From positions 63,924,001 to 63,988,000 of the forward strand of contig NC_045696.1 in NCBI RefSeq assembly GCF_009834535.1: 64,000 nucleotides of DNA, in the 5' to 3' direction. The position numbers and the translations under genes are program-made. This DNA comes from Camelus ferus. Its lineage: Eukaryota. Of the stretch, positions 51,929-64,000 are shown piece after piece; the first letter of the stretch is position 1; each line of letters begins with the position of its first letter. The notes under the pieces are model-generated. The model searched no databases. It saw nothing but the letters and a program-made list of their open reading frames with translations, and had not been told where the DNA came from.

Positions 51929-52679
51929 AATTGGGGGAACCAGGGATGCCAACATAATGAAAATGTGATGAAGTGGGTGTCATTGTGGGAGTTATGCATC
52001 CAAACCCGTGGGAGCACAGAAGAAGGAGCATCTCAGTCAGAGAGTATTCCAAGGGGAAAGATAGCATTTAATTTTCCTGGAGGGGTAGGTGAGGGCCAGA
52101 CTGTGAAGGAGTTTATAAGATGTTCAATGAGTGTACATTTTATCTTTTTCAATGATTCCCAAACATTCGTCCATGAAAAAAAACATACCAGAATCAAGTT
52201 GGGGAATAAATATATAAAAAATTAATTCCTAGGCACTCATTCCAGACCTACTGATTTAGAACCTGTGATGGTGGAGCTACACTTGGTCAGAATGATTGTG
52301 ATGCCAGCCTGATGGACACAATGTGGAATTAGCTAGAAGATTTAAAACAAGGAATGATATGGTAGGATTTACCTTTCCAAAGGATGCCATACTGAGGGTA
52401 AGGAAGTTTGCTTGGAGGAGGAAAGACAAGGAAGTGTTTGAAATGGTCCAGGTAGGAGATTCAGGATGAAACTACAGATTGTCATAAAGGATGCTGAGGG
52501 GAGAATGGATTTAAGAGATAGTTAGAAATCAGAATTTAAAGGACTTCATAATCCATAGACTGTGGGGTAAGAGAGGAGGGTGAACAGGATGAGTAGGAGA
52601 AGTTGGAAGAATGCTACCACCTAATCCCATAGTGGGAGGCAGTAGGGATGGCAATAATAGTAGGGGACCAATAGTAGTA

Positions 52680-52895
52680 GCAAATACTTACATGGTGATT
52701 GATCTGGACTAAAATCTTTATACATAGTAACTTCCTGAATTCTCTCAGCAACCCGAGGAGGAATGATCATCTCTCTTCTACAAATGAGGAAACTGAGGCG
52801 CAGAAAGATTAAATGACGTGCCCAATTTCATCTGGCCAAGTAAATGGAAAGATACAGCTCAAGTTCTCGCTTTAAACATGGTGGTTTACTGCCTC
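52680..52895 (-). mobile_element. MIR SINE
   Basis: tacaaatgaggaaactgaggcgcagaaagattaaatgacgtgccca. Confidence 0.75.
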
Positions 52896-54078
52896 TTGGT
52901 TTTGCTAAATTCTGTTTGCACTACTTTGGTTGTTAACAGTGGAAAAAACAGCAGGGCATAATCGAAAGAAACACAACATTAGGAGGCTGGAGAGCAGCAC
53001 TATGGCATTGGCTCTGCCATTATTTATTCTCTGAATAATCTACTTTAAAGTAGATAATGGTTACTTCTCTTTGACGTCGCCTCATTTACAAGGTGGAGAT
53101 AATAATACTTCACTGGTTTGAGCTAGGGACCAATGCAGATGGCTTCTTGGGATCCTCTCCAACACATACAAAAATTATGATTTAAAAAGTTTTAAAACAG
53201 GTGGATAAAATCTCTGTGAAGCATCTGAAGAAATGTAAGTGATACTCTTGATTTTTTTCAAAGCACTGTGAGATTTTTTTAGCCATGGAAAGGAGAACAT
53301 GTCTGGAGACATTCCATTAAGTGGGAACTGGAGATTTCTGGCAGCGGCTGTATGAATTACTCATGAATAAAGGAATAAAGGTAAATCTGCCCACAATTAA
53401 GTAACCGGTGCTGAGCCCTATAGCTTCCTCAGGCCCACAGAAGACACAGAGCACAGGGACTTAGCCTTCAAAAGAGTTGGTGATCTGGTGATATGTCCAG
53501 AGGAAATTCACTCCTGGGTGCCAGCTTCAAGGAGGGTTTGTGGTTATTTCAAAGCCCTGTGAAGACTAGGCAGAACAGGACCACTTATCTAAATGGCCTA
53601 CAGCTATTTCTACATGCCCTTCCTGGAAGCCTGGGTGATTTGCCTGAAACCACAGCTGGGTAGAGTTGAAAGGCAGCTCAGAACATCGCCTCCTCAAATC
53701 TGTCCTCAGCCTGGGGCTATTCTTATGGACGTTGAGCACAGTTATGCCCTAGATGCGCCCTCAGAGAAAGAACAGCAGGAGGCCCAAAGGTGCTGTGTGC
53801 TTTTCAGAGAAGTATTATGTCCCTCAGGCTAGGACACTTTCTGATTTTAGTGCTTGCACACACAGGGCCTTGGCTGAAACCATAATCACCTTAGCATTTC
53901 CAGAATCTCTTAGCTTCTTGGGGAAACCATGGCTGGAGGATTTTGAATCTCTGGTACTACAGCCTCAGAATCAGTACAGAGAAGATGATATTGTGAGGAA
54001 AGGTCAATTTTTGAAGCCAGTTCAAAAACAAAAGCATCCAAGAATTCAGTTTGGGTAGATAAGTGGTTCCTTCTACCT

Positions 54079-54558
54079 GTTTTGTTTTGTTTTGTTTTGT
54101 TTTAATTGAAATATAGTCAGTTTACAATGTTGTGTTAATTTCTGGTGTACAGCATAGTGATTCAGTTATGTGCATATATATACTTTTTCATTATAGGCTA
54201 TTACAAGGTATTGAATGTAGTTCTCTGTGCTATACAGTAGGACCTTGTTGTTTAACTATTTTATATATAGTAGTTAGTATCTGCAAATCCCTAATTCCCA
54301 ATTTATCCCTCTACCTCCATCCCCTTTTCCATGCTAGTAACCGTAACTATGTCTGTGAGTCTGTTTCTGTTTTGTAAATAAGTTCATTTGTGTCATTTTT
54401 TTTTTTTTTTGGTTCCACATATAAGTGACATCATATGGCATTTTTCTTTCTCTTTCTGGCTTACTTCATTTAGTATGACAATCTCCAGGTCCATCCATGT
54501 TGCTGCAAATGGCATTATTTCATTCTTTTAATGGCTGAATAGTATTCCATTGTATATA
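54079..54558 (-). mobile_element. Camelid L1 3' end with (TTTTG)n tail
   Basis: Homologous to 27178-27770 (aattgaaatatagtcagtttacaatg...ccatgttgctgcaaatggcatt). Confidence 0.9.
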
Positions 54559-55249
54559 ATGTTGATTTTTATGACACACATTTACCTTCAAGTTTGTTCT
54601 TCTTCAACCTGGAGTTAGCAAACGTGATAAGGATTTTTTAGCTTGGAGATCACACCACCCTGTCCAGGTCTTTACTTTCATTCCAAGAGACAGTTTTTTC
54701 CTTTCTACTTTCTCTTATCACCCAAATGTGGTCTTCTTGCTCTTCCCAGAATATATTATATACTTTGTCTGTCAGAGATGTGTCTTCACCCTGATACCTA
54801 GCCATTAGCGCCTTGCCCATACAGCAGAACTCATCTTAAATCTGATCCTCTTCTTTAAGACATCTGGGATCCCCTGAGTCACACTCAGTCACTTCCTTGT
54901 CCAAAGTAGATCTGAACTGTAACAATTTTTACTAGGTTCTGTAGTAGAGTCATGTGTTTATCCTTCACCCCCAACAGATTGTTTATATCTTACATGTAAC
55001 ATTGACATTACTAAATAGGTGAATTGAAGATTCTGTGCAAATATTATAAGAGTTTTTCTCTTCTTTCCTGACTCAATTGACTTGTTAATCCCAATTTTAC
55101 AAAAGGAAGCCCTGAGAAGTTATGCATTTTATCAAACGCTGAAAGCTAAAAAGCAGCAAAAGCAGATCTTGAACCTTGGGAAGGTTGACTCCAAAGCTCC
55201 TGCTCTAACTCCGGTGGCTTCCTGCCTTAGACCTCTGATGGGGTCTTCT

Positions 55250-55475
55250 GCTGCTACCACCAGTGCCATCACCATCTCTGCTGCCACCACTTCTAGTACC
55301 CCTGTCTCAACTACTGCCTTCACTACCACGACGACCACTGCCACCACTGCTCTTACCAATACAACCACCGTAACCACCACCACTACTGCCACCCCCACCC
55401 CTGCTATCACCACCACCGCCACGACTAGCATTACTACCACTGCCACCGCTTCAGCTCCTAAAGACACCAAGACCA
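55250..55475. repeat. Degenerate (ACC/ACT/GCC)n trinucleotide low-complexity tract
   Basis: accaccactactgccacc... gives Thr-rich (+) and Val-rich (-) ORFs. Confidence 0.9.
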
Positions 55476-57888
55476 CGTGCATCAGTCTAGCAGCGATTTT
55501 ATACTTTGGGCTCATCTTGAGCTTGTGGGAAACTAAACCTCCAGGTCTCTTTTTATCAAATCCATAGCTCTCTGAGCTTCGGGGCATACCAGTGAACAGG
55601 AGCATAGGGGCTGGTATCAGGTCACCCAGATTCCCCTGCAGTTTTTAGTCATCCTTGCGTGCCTGCATCAGAAGTGGTCTCTCCTCACGGTCTTGTCGCT
55701 CCGCCAGTGTGGCCTCCTTGGCTTGTCGCTCAGTGCCAGGCTTCTAGTAGGGGCAGATAGGGTTATCTGTCGCCCTTGTTCAACTTGGTCTTAGCCAGTC
55801 ATTTTGTATTTGGGCTTCAAGGGGCTTTCCTGGTGGTATTTTAGATATCTGTAAAGAGGTTAAAAAAAAGGGCTTTTAAAAATATTTATTTTTCCAATTT
55901 TAAAATTTCTTTTAATCATATTCATTGGTTAAATTGTGTACAATAGAGAAGTAAAAGAAGAATCTCAATGATGCCATCACCCAAGGCAAATACCACTGGT
56001 GTTTTATTTGATACATTGATCTTTTGGCCTTTTTTTGTTTATGCCTCATCTTTTTTTCAATTAAATTTGAAATCATATTGCATAATCTTATGTTGTTTCC
56101 CTTCACTTATTATTATTATGTATATATTTTCCCCGTGTTATTAAAAATACTTAAACATTATTTTAATGGCTATATGATATTTTTCAATTATTACCTGAAT
56201 CCTATACATAGACTGCTTTCTCTTACTACTTCTACTAATATTGTAGTGAATACCTCTGCCTATAAATCTTACCTGCATTTTGTATAAATGAGAGGGATTT
56301 TTTTAAAAGATAGTCTTTCTTAGTTCCTAAAATCATGCCCTTTGTAGGGGTGGTCTACAAATTTGTAAGGCTAGATTGGCTAGGTTTTAAGAAAATCCCC
56401 CTCTCAGGAGCAGAGATCTAAACTCATGTCTATCTGCCATGAAAGAGTATGATTTTGATGCTCAGAAATGCCATGTTTGCCATTCTTCATCCCAGAGAAT
56501 TATGAAGAGCAAGTGCACAACAGAAAGTTGTGAAGCTTCTATTTATTCAAAGGCTTTTCAGGCAGAAGGCATCACGTGCATCTGAAGGACCAGCTCTGAC
56601 CACAGCAGTCCCGTGTAGCAGAGGTGAACGGGCCTCTGGCAATAGACCAGGGAGCCTTCATACTTCACTTCAGGAAGGTTTCCTGTGTAGCTTCCCCCTG
56701 CAGTTTCTACCCTACAAGGAATAAATAAAAGCTAGAATTCCTATTATCTTACTATCAAATTCCACCCCCTGTGGCCACAGCTATAGTATCTGCTCTTTAA
56801 TAAAGGCCTGATTATGGGGGCTTTCAAACTATTGAGAGAAAAACCCAATCATCTTCCTTCTGAACTTTTACACAAGATCACAGAGCAGGAAAAAATTTAT
56901 ATTTGAGTTTTAACATCATTGAAATAATTGCCTACAAATGGCCCCGATAACAATTAATTGTCCAATTGAAAACAGCAAAAGAATACGCAAATTAAAGTAA
57001 ATATTTTATTACCCGAAGGAGGATATAATTTTCTACTTAATCTTTCATGGATTACTGACCAACTATTCACTGCTGTGTCTTCAATGCTTAGAAAAATGCA
57101 TGACACCTCGAAAGTTCACAATATATATTTTCAGAAAAAAATGAATGAATGATGGATGAATGTAGCTAGTTACAGATACATTCCAAAATTATATAAAATA
57201 GCACACAAATTGAGAGGTAAATAAGGATTAGAATTTAGAGAAATAGATGCCTGATTTATTACACTTCATTTTACCTGTTCTGTAGAAGCATAGAGTCTCA
57301 GGCCAGGAGCTTCTTCAAGGTTTATCTAACCTTCTCCAGCCCCTTACCTCACCCATTCAACCTCTCCTCAAATGCCCTCAGAGAAGGAAATTTACCGTAA
57401 GACAAATCATTTCCTTGTAAGACAGAGCAGACTACTTAAAAATAAAAACAAAACACTTCCTTATGTTGAACTGAAATTTGGTTCTATTAACCTGAATTCA
57501 TTAGTCCTACTTCTTTTGCCTTTTGGGGCCACTTGTCAAAAAATCAGCTTCCATTTCTACAATGCAGGCATTAAAAATTGTTCTTGTGTGTCCCCCAGCC
57601 CCACCCTCCAAACATCTCTTCTTCAATCTAAACACTCAGTTTCTTCAACTGCCCTTCATGTGGCAGAGTTCTTTGAAACACATCTCAGAAATTCTTGCAA
57701 TGATAATTTAAAGAAGCTACCTTCTCTCCATGCAATTCTCTCTTTGATATCCACAGAGATTCTGGGATAAAGGGACATCTACCTGGAAGAAGACAGAGGT
57801 GCCACTCACTTTGTCACTAAGATTGTTGAAGATAAGGAGTTCAGACCTCTCTGTTCAGATCCAGACAAGTCTTAGATCAGTCTGATTC

Positions 57889-58429
57889 TGTTGCCGAACT
57901 CAGGTTTGGCTGCTCGCCACTCATAAAAATCAATACACAAGAGACAAGCGTTGGTTGCAAAGGAAAGGTGGCCTTAATCAGGAAGCTGGCAACTCAGGGA
58001 GAAGGTAAACTTGCCTCCCAAAATCAACTCTGAAGATTCTGCACAGCCATGAAAGGTTTTAAAGGGAAAAAGAGGAAATAATCTTGGCTAATCCTTAAGG
58101 GAGGGGGTCAGATTCTTTGTCAGTTTTCCACTGTGTACAGATTAGCTGACTCCTGATCCTCCTTTAGATGCTGCCTTGCCCATGTGGTCCATGTGCACAT
58201 TTGCTTAGCGAGAAGTAGAGAGTTAGTCATTCTTTAACTACTTAATTCTTCCTTCCTTCTGTTTTTAATCCAGGCGAGGAATCAACAGGTTAGGCAAGGC
58301 ATTGTGTACATTCAGTAAAGCATAAATCAGGAGTTAGGTTAAATGTTACCTAGTGATCTCATTTTCAAAGTTAATGTCTGAGGGAAACAGAGGTGGACAA
58401 ACAGAAAAGGGGCAAAGGAACTGCTCACA
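57889..58429 (-). mobile_element. ERV1-class solo LTR (541 bp)
   Basis: TG...CA termini with perfect 4-bp TSD ATTC (57885-57888 and 58430-58433); strand inferred from the U5-like tgttgccgaactcagg end. Confidence 0.85.
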
Positions 58430-58560
58430 ATTCCTGCTTAATTATAGTAACAGTTAACATTTATCGACAACTTGTTAGGGCCTATGTCCATTGACACACA
58501 TTTTCATGTGATCCTTCATTTTAAATTCATAATAACCCCATTAGGTAGGTACTGTCACTG

Positions 58561-58815
58561 CAGGTGTAAACATTAAACATTTCTGTTGCTCTTCTATGGG
58601 ATGGGTCTGCGTACTATGGATTGTGCTTGAAATATGGCCACTGATTGTTTTATAAATCAAGTTTTATTGGAAGCTCCCTGCACTTGTTCACAGATTGTCT
58701 CTGGCTGCTTTTGCACTACAACAGCAGAACTGAGTAGTTGTGAGAGACTGTACAGCCCACAAAGCTGAAAATATTTACTATCTGGTACTTTACAGAAAAA
58801 AATTTGACTGACCCT
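58561..58815 (+). mobile_element. MER58-type hAT-Charlie DNA transposon; left end approximate
   Basis: aagttttattggaa...ggctgcttttgcactacaacagcagaactgagtagttg...aaaatatttactatctgg. Confidence 0.85.
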
Positions 58816-59403
58816 TACTCTTTTCCTTTCCTTTCTGGTCTCATTTCCTTTTTTTTTTTTTTTTTTTTTTTTAACTTTTTCTTCATTGTCATAGTGAAAT
58901 ATTACTTGTTAGGATGGTCCAAGTCTTTTTTTTTTTTTTTAATGCTGATTTTGTAGAGCTTAGAAAGGACTTGGGCTGCATGGTGTTAAAGAGTTTAGAC
59001 ACGCTGTCAGTGAGAGTGGTAGATATTTACAAAATGTTGTGACGGGAAGGGCCTGTTTAGAAGTTTGGGTTCTTCCTAATAAGGATTCTTCCATTAACCA
59101 TTTATTTTGTATAAAGAATTTCCCTTTGCCTGACCCTTGTTTCTTCCACCTCTAAATAGACGTAGATCTGTAAGATCTGTCTGATTTGGTTTCATACCTG
59201 TTCTCATTTTGAGGGTGCCCAGACCCTTACTTACCAGAACGAAGATTGGTGAACAGATCTGTAGGAAGCTTTGCTTCCTGGAAATAATGCAGCTATTTTT
59301 CACCAAGAGCCAAATGGATCCTGAAACACCCCCCCCACCACCCAAATCATGGAATTTCAGATATAGAAAATCACTTAGAGATAATCTACTCTAAATATTC
59401 ATT

Positions 59404-59450
<47 letters not shown>

Positions 59451-61891
59451 TTTTGGTAAAGATAATTGTAGATTCACATGCAGTTGTGAGAAATAATACA
59501 TGGAGAGTCTGTGCACCCATTAGTAACATCTTGCAGAACTATAGTACAATCTCATAATCAGGAAATTGACATTGATATGATTAAGGTACAGAACATTTCC
59601 ATCACCACAAGGCCTCTTCATTTGCCTTTTTATAGCCATATCCATTTCCTTCTTATCTACACTTAAGTTCTTGCAACCACTAATCTGTTCCCTATTTCAG
59701 TAGTTTTGTCATTTCAAGACTGTTATATAAATGTGACCATACAGTATATAAACTTTGACACTGACTCTGTTAATCAGTATCATTCTCTGGAGACTGATCT
59801 AGATTGTTGCGTATATCAAGAGTTCATCCTTCTTTATCGCTGAGTAGTGTTCCATAGTATTCCATGGTGCTGTGTTTTATTTAACCATTCATCCATTGAA
59901 GGTCATTTGAGTTGTTTCTAGTATCTGGCTCCTAAGAATAAAGCTGCTATAAACATTTGTGTATAGGTTTTTGTGTGAACGTAACTTTTCATTTCTCTGG
60001 GATAAATGTTCAGGGGAGCAATCACTGGGTTGTATGGAAGTTACATGTTTAGTTTTTAAAGAAACAACTAAATTGTTTTCCAGGAGTGGCTGTACCATTC
60101 TACATTCCCAACAGCAATGGACAAATGACTCATGTTCTCCACGTCCTCATCAGCATTTGCTGTTGTCACTAGTATTTATTTTAACCATTCTGATGGGTAA
60201 TTAGTGATATTTTTAGTTTGTGTTTCCCTAAGGGCTATGGATTTTGAACATCTTTTTTTATGTGCTTATTAGCCATCTGTAACTTCAAGTCTTTTGTCAA
60301 TAATCTAGTTGAATTTTTTTCTATCAAGTTTTGAGAATGCTTTATATATTCTAGATACCAGTCCTTTGTCAGATATGTGGCTTGCAAATACTTTCTTCCA
60401 GTCAATAGATTTTCTTTTCCTCTCCTTAACAGGCAAACGTTTTTGCAGAGTGAAAGTTTAGTTTTAATGAATTCCAATTTATCATGTTCTCCTTTCATGG
60501 ACAGTGCTTTTGAAGTAAAATCTAAGAACTCTCTGTGTAGCCATAGACCCCAATATTTTTTCCTAGTTCTATTCTTAAAGTTTTATATTTTACATTCAAG
60601 TGTGAGATCCGTTGAGAGTTAGTTTTTGTATAAGATGTGAGACTTAGGTCCATTTTTTGTCTTTAGATGTCCAGTTGCTCCTGTACCATTTGTTGAAAAT
60701 GCTATTTTTCACCATCAAATCTCTTTTGCATATTTGTCAAAAGTCAATTGGGCATATTTATATGTCTGTTTCTTGGTTACTATTCTTTTCCTTTGAGTTA
60801 TGTGCCAGTGCTACACAGTCCTGAGTAAGGTAGCTATACAATAAGTCTCGAAATCAGGTAGACTGGTTGCTCCCACTTTATTTCATTTTTCAAAATTATT
60901 TTAGCTATTATAGTTCATTTGCTTTCCCATGTAAATTTTAGAATAATCTTGTTTATAGCTACAAAAAATCTTACTGAGATTTTGATAGGAATTGTGTTAA
61001 ATCCATGTATTAATTTGGAAAGAATTAAAATTGTTACTATGTTGAGATTTCCAACCATAAATGAGGTATTTATCTCCATTTTATTTAGATTTTCTTTGGT
61101 TTCTTTCATTAGCATTTTGTAGTCTTCAGTATACGAGTCCCGTACATGCTGTTTGATTTACACCTAAGTATTTCATTTTTTGAGTGATTGTAAATCATCT
61201 TATATTTTTATTTTCAGTATTCATGTGTTCATTACTGGGATACAGAAAGATAATTGATTTTTGTATATTTATCTTGTATTTTGTGACTGTGGTGAACTCG
61301 TTTATTAGTTCTAGGAGGGTTTTTTGGTAGATTTCTTGGGATTTTCTATATAGAAATCATATGCAAGTAGAAATAATTTTATTTCTGTACACTGTTTATT
61401 TCTTCTTCTTGTCTAGTTATAACTCCTGTGCTGTTTTGAATAAATGTGGTGAGAATAGACACATTGTCTTGTTCCTGATCTTATGGGGCAAACATTCAGT
61501 CTGTTACCATTAAATATAATGTCACTTATATATTCTTAAAGATGCTTTTTGTCAAGTTGAGGAAGCTTCCTTTCATTTCTTTTACTCTGAGAGTTTTTAT
61601 CAGGAATGGATGTGAAATTTGTCAAACGCTTTATCTGTATTAATTGCTATGATCATGTTTTTGTTTTATTTTTTGTTTTTTTGCTCTGTTAACATGATGG
61701 ATTACATTGATTGATTTATGGATGTTAAAGTAGTCTTATGTCCTTGGAATACACCACTTGGTGCATATTTCATCTAACATATTGTTGAATTCTATTTGTT
61801 AATATTTTATCTAGGACTTCTGCTTCTGTATTCCTGAGGGATATTGGTCTACAGTTTGATTGCTTTCTTTTCCTTCCTTTGTTTCTTTTTT

Positions 61892-61941
61892 TTTTAAACA
61901 TTTTTTTATTGAGTTATAGTCATTTTACAATGTTGTGTCAA
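61892..61941 (-). mobile_element. About 50-bp, extremely truncated young L1 3' end nested in the old L1
   Basis: ttttattgagttatagtcattttacaatgttgtgtcaa flanked by the direct repeat CTTTGTTTCTTTTTT (61877-61891 and 61942-61956). Confidence 0.8.
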
Positions 61942-63579
61942 CTTTGTTTCTTTTTTTATACTGTCTAGTTTTGTTATTAGTGATACTAGCTTCAAAAAAT
62001 AAATTAAGGGATGTTTCATCTTCTTTTATTTTCTGGAAGAAATTTTGAAGAGTTGATATTAATTATTCTTTAAATGTTTAGTAGAGTTTTTCAGTGAAAC
62101 CACCTGGGCTTAGGGATTTCTTTTTGGAAACCTAAAAAGTATAAACTCAACTTTCTTGATAGTTATGGGGTTATTCAAATTATCTATTGTCCTTCTAATG
62201 ACATGAATAATAAGATTGTTATAGTTTCACAGGTCCTAAGGCTCTATTCAACATTTTTTTAGGCTATTTTCTCTCTGTAGTTCAGATTGGGCAATTTTTA
62301 CTGTTCTATCTTTCACATCACTCATTATTTCCTGTCCTTCCCTTCTACTGTTGAGCCCATGCCATTGAGAGTTTTTTTTTTTTAATTTCAGTTCTAAATT
62401 TTTTTTAATATTCAGTTCTAAAATTTCCATTTGATTCTACTTTAGATCTTCTATTTTTTGCTGAGATATTCTGTTTTTCATTTCTTTTACATGTGACTCT
62501 AATTGCACCTTAAAGCACTCTTATGATGGCTGCTTTAAAATCTTTGTCAAATAATTCTAACATCTCTTTTATATTTGTGTTGGCATCTATGGGTTATGTT
62601 TCTTCATTCAGTTTGAGATCTTTCTGTTTTTGGTATGACTTAAAGAAAATTAAAACATGGACATTTTAGATATTATGTTATGAGACTCTGGATCTTATTT
62701 AAAACTTAGTTGGTTCTGTTGACACTGCTCCACTGCTCCACTGGTGGGGGTGTGCTGGACCCCAAGCTGCCTCCTCAAAAACCGGGGGAGAAACAGATCC
62801 ACTTCTTCCCTGGGGGTGGAGTTCTTGGTCACCAGCCTCATTTCTTACCCTTGATGAGGCTATCACTTCCCCGGGTGAAACCTTCCTCCTGTAGGTTCAG
62901 CATAAGATTGTCAGCAGTGAGACAGATACAACTCTGTGATGCGGTGATCATCTGGGAGATGTTCTGGGCCACCTGGATCTTGTGCGGCTTGTGCGTCTCA
63001 TTCCTGCCAGTTGGTGGTGCAAGTTCCGGTTACCTACTCAACCGCCATGGACACTTGAGGAGAGGGAGGCTCCTCAGTTTTTGCTGGTTGAGGGTGGGAG
63101 TTTCAGCACCACCAGCTTCCACTGAGAACTCTATGGCTTGGAGTGTGAGAAGTGCCTCATTCCTCCTCCCAACATGGCCTCCATGGATGCCATGGGATAG
63201 GGTCTTACTATTGCTGGTTGGAAGTAAAAAGTCTTGAATCTCCATTAGGCTTCCTCTGACAACACCCCAGCATGGAGGAGGAGGGGAGCCTTGTTACTGC
63301 TGGTTGGGAGTGGAAGTCCAGGCTCCACATGGTTTCCACTGACATCCAAGGGGAAAAGGTGCTTGTTACTATTTGGTGGGAATGAAAATCTTGGCTCCTT
63401 ATGTAGTCTTATATGACATCATTCCTGCAGGAAGGTGAGGTTCCTCTTTACAACATGTTGAGAAGAGCAGTCTAGACTCCCCACTTGGCCTTTGCTGCTG
63501 TAGGTGGAGTGAGGGCCACAGTTTTTCATGTGCATGAACTTTGGATCCTTTTCCTGGTCACGTGGGTAGAGAGATCAGG

Positions 63580-63580
<1 letters not shown>

Positions 63581-63616
<36 letters not shown>
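63581..63616. repeat. (TG)18 microsatellite
   Basis: Perfect TG run. Confidence 0.95.
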
Positions 63617-63622
<6 letters not shown>

Positions 63623-64000
63623 CTCATTTCCAGGTTGCTACTTCATTTGATTCAAGTTATAGATGAGGCAAAAAGAAAACCCAGGGAACTCACTACCATG
63701 TCATTTGTTCCTTGGCTCCCAAGTTCCCCAGCCAATCTGCCTTCGCTCCACCATTTAGGCTTCTTATCTTTGTTTTCTATGTAATGTTCATGAATCTTAG
63801 TTGAATTCATTGGGAGGAATAGGAAAAAGCAAGTCTTCCCCATGTTTCCAGAAGTAAAAGTCTCATTTACTTTTAAAAGTAACATTACTTTCTGACTTTA
63901 TTTTAAAATATATTTGATTCTACTTTACATATTTTTGAAAGCACAGAAAACTATAAGGAAATAGATAAGCATCACCATGGTTCTATCATTGTTAATGTTT

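Larger units (their letters stand above)
59401..63865 (-). mobile_element. Old L1 (L1MC/L1MD-type) with 5' end, ORF1 N-terminal part, ORF2 RT/C-terminal remnants, 3'UTR and (TAAA)n tail; antisense in ATP13A4 intron 1
   Basis: ORF2 remnant LMKETKENLNK...NTIPIKIS...KIILKFTW (60915-61115); RT-like sequence at ~61420-61600; ORF1 coiled-coil-like EILEL...GLNSR...IAQSE.QRE (62248-62430); many stops and frameshifts. Confidence 0.92.

Noticed and set aside
55082..55605. Mucin-like Thr-rich ORF (+) and Val-rich ORF (-)
   Set aside because: Both come from a degenerate ACC-type repeat next to a MIR-like fragment. The plus ORF has a TTG start and no signal peptide or convincing exon structure.
59889..63237. 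Several ORFs of 60-175 aa
   Set aside because: They are broken L1 ORF1/ORF2 pieces or their antisense frames.
45827..64000. ATP13A4 exon 2 (expected EIFGYRTQG...)
   Set aside because: Not seen by eye or in the ORF track; it probably lies beyond the window.

Overview
Mammalian genomic DNA, most likely a camelid, judged from tRNA-Ala-derived Vic-1-type SINEs and no Alu, B1 or Bov-A elements seen. The minus strand carries the 5' part of OPA1: CpG-island promoter at about 21.5-22.0 kb, then exons 1, 2, 3, 4, 4b, 5 and 5b. Their coding lengths (32/319/97/108/54/68/111 nt) match those I recall for human OPA1. The plus strand carries the first coding exon of the divergently oriented P5B-ATPase gene ATP13A4 (45764-45826) and the start of its long intron 1. 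The rest is intronic or intergenic DNA with L1, L2, MIR, MaLR/ERV1 LTRs, hAT DNA transposons and SINEs. Most notable observations: (i) a degenerate tandem copy of OPA1 exon 4 in intron 3 that keeps both splice sites and has an in-frame stop (candidate poison exon); (ii) a GC donor on OPA1 exon 5 with a competing in-frame GT donor 6 nt downstream; (iii) a candidate frameshifting micro-exon in OPA1 intron 1 whose donor is folded into a hairpin; (iv) an inverted L1 whose junction holds an 89-bp copy of sequence lying 5 kb away; (v) splice signals that could link the OPA1 promoter to ATP13A4. Most ORFs in the supplied track are spurious or repeat-derived. Repeat family names and cross-species comparisons come from memory, not from searches.
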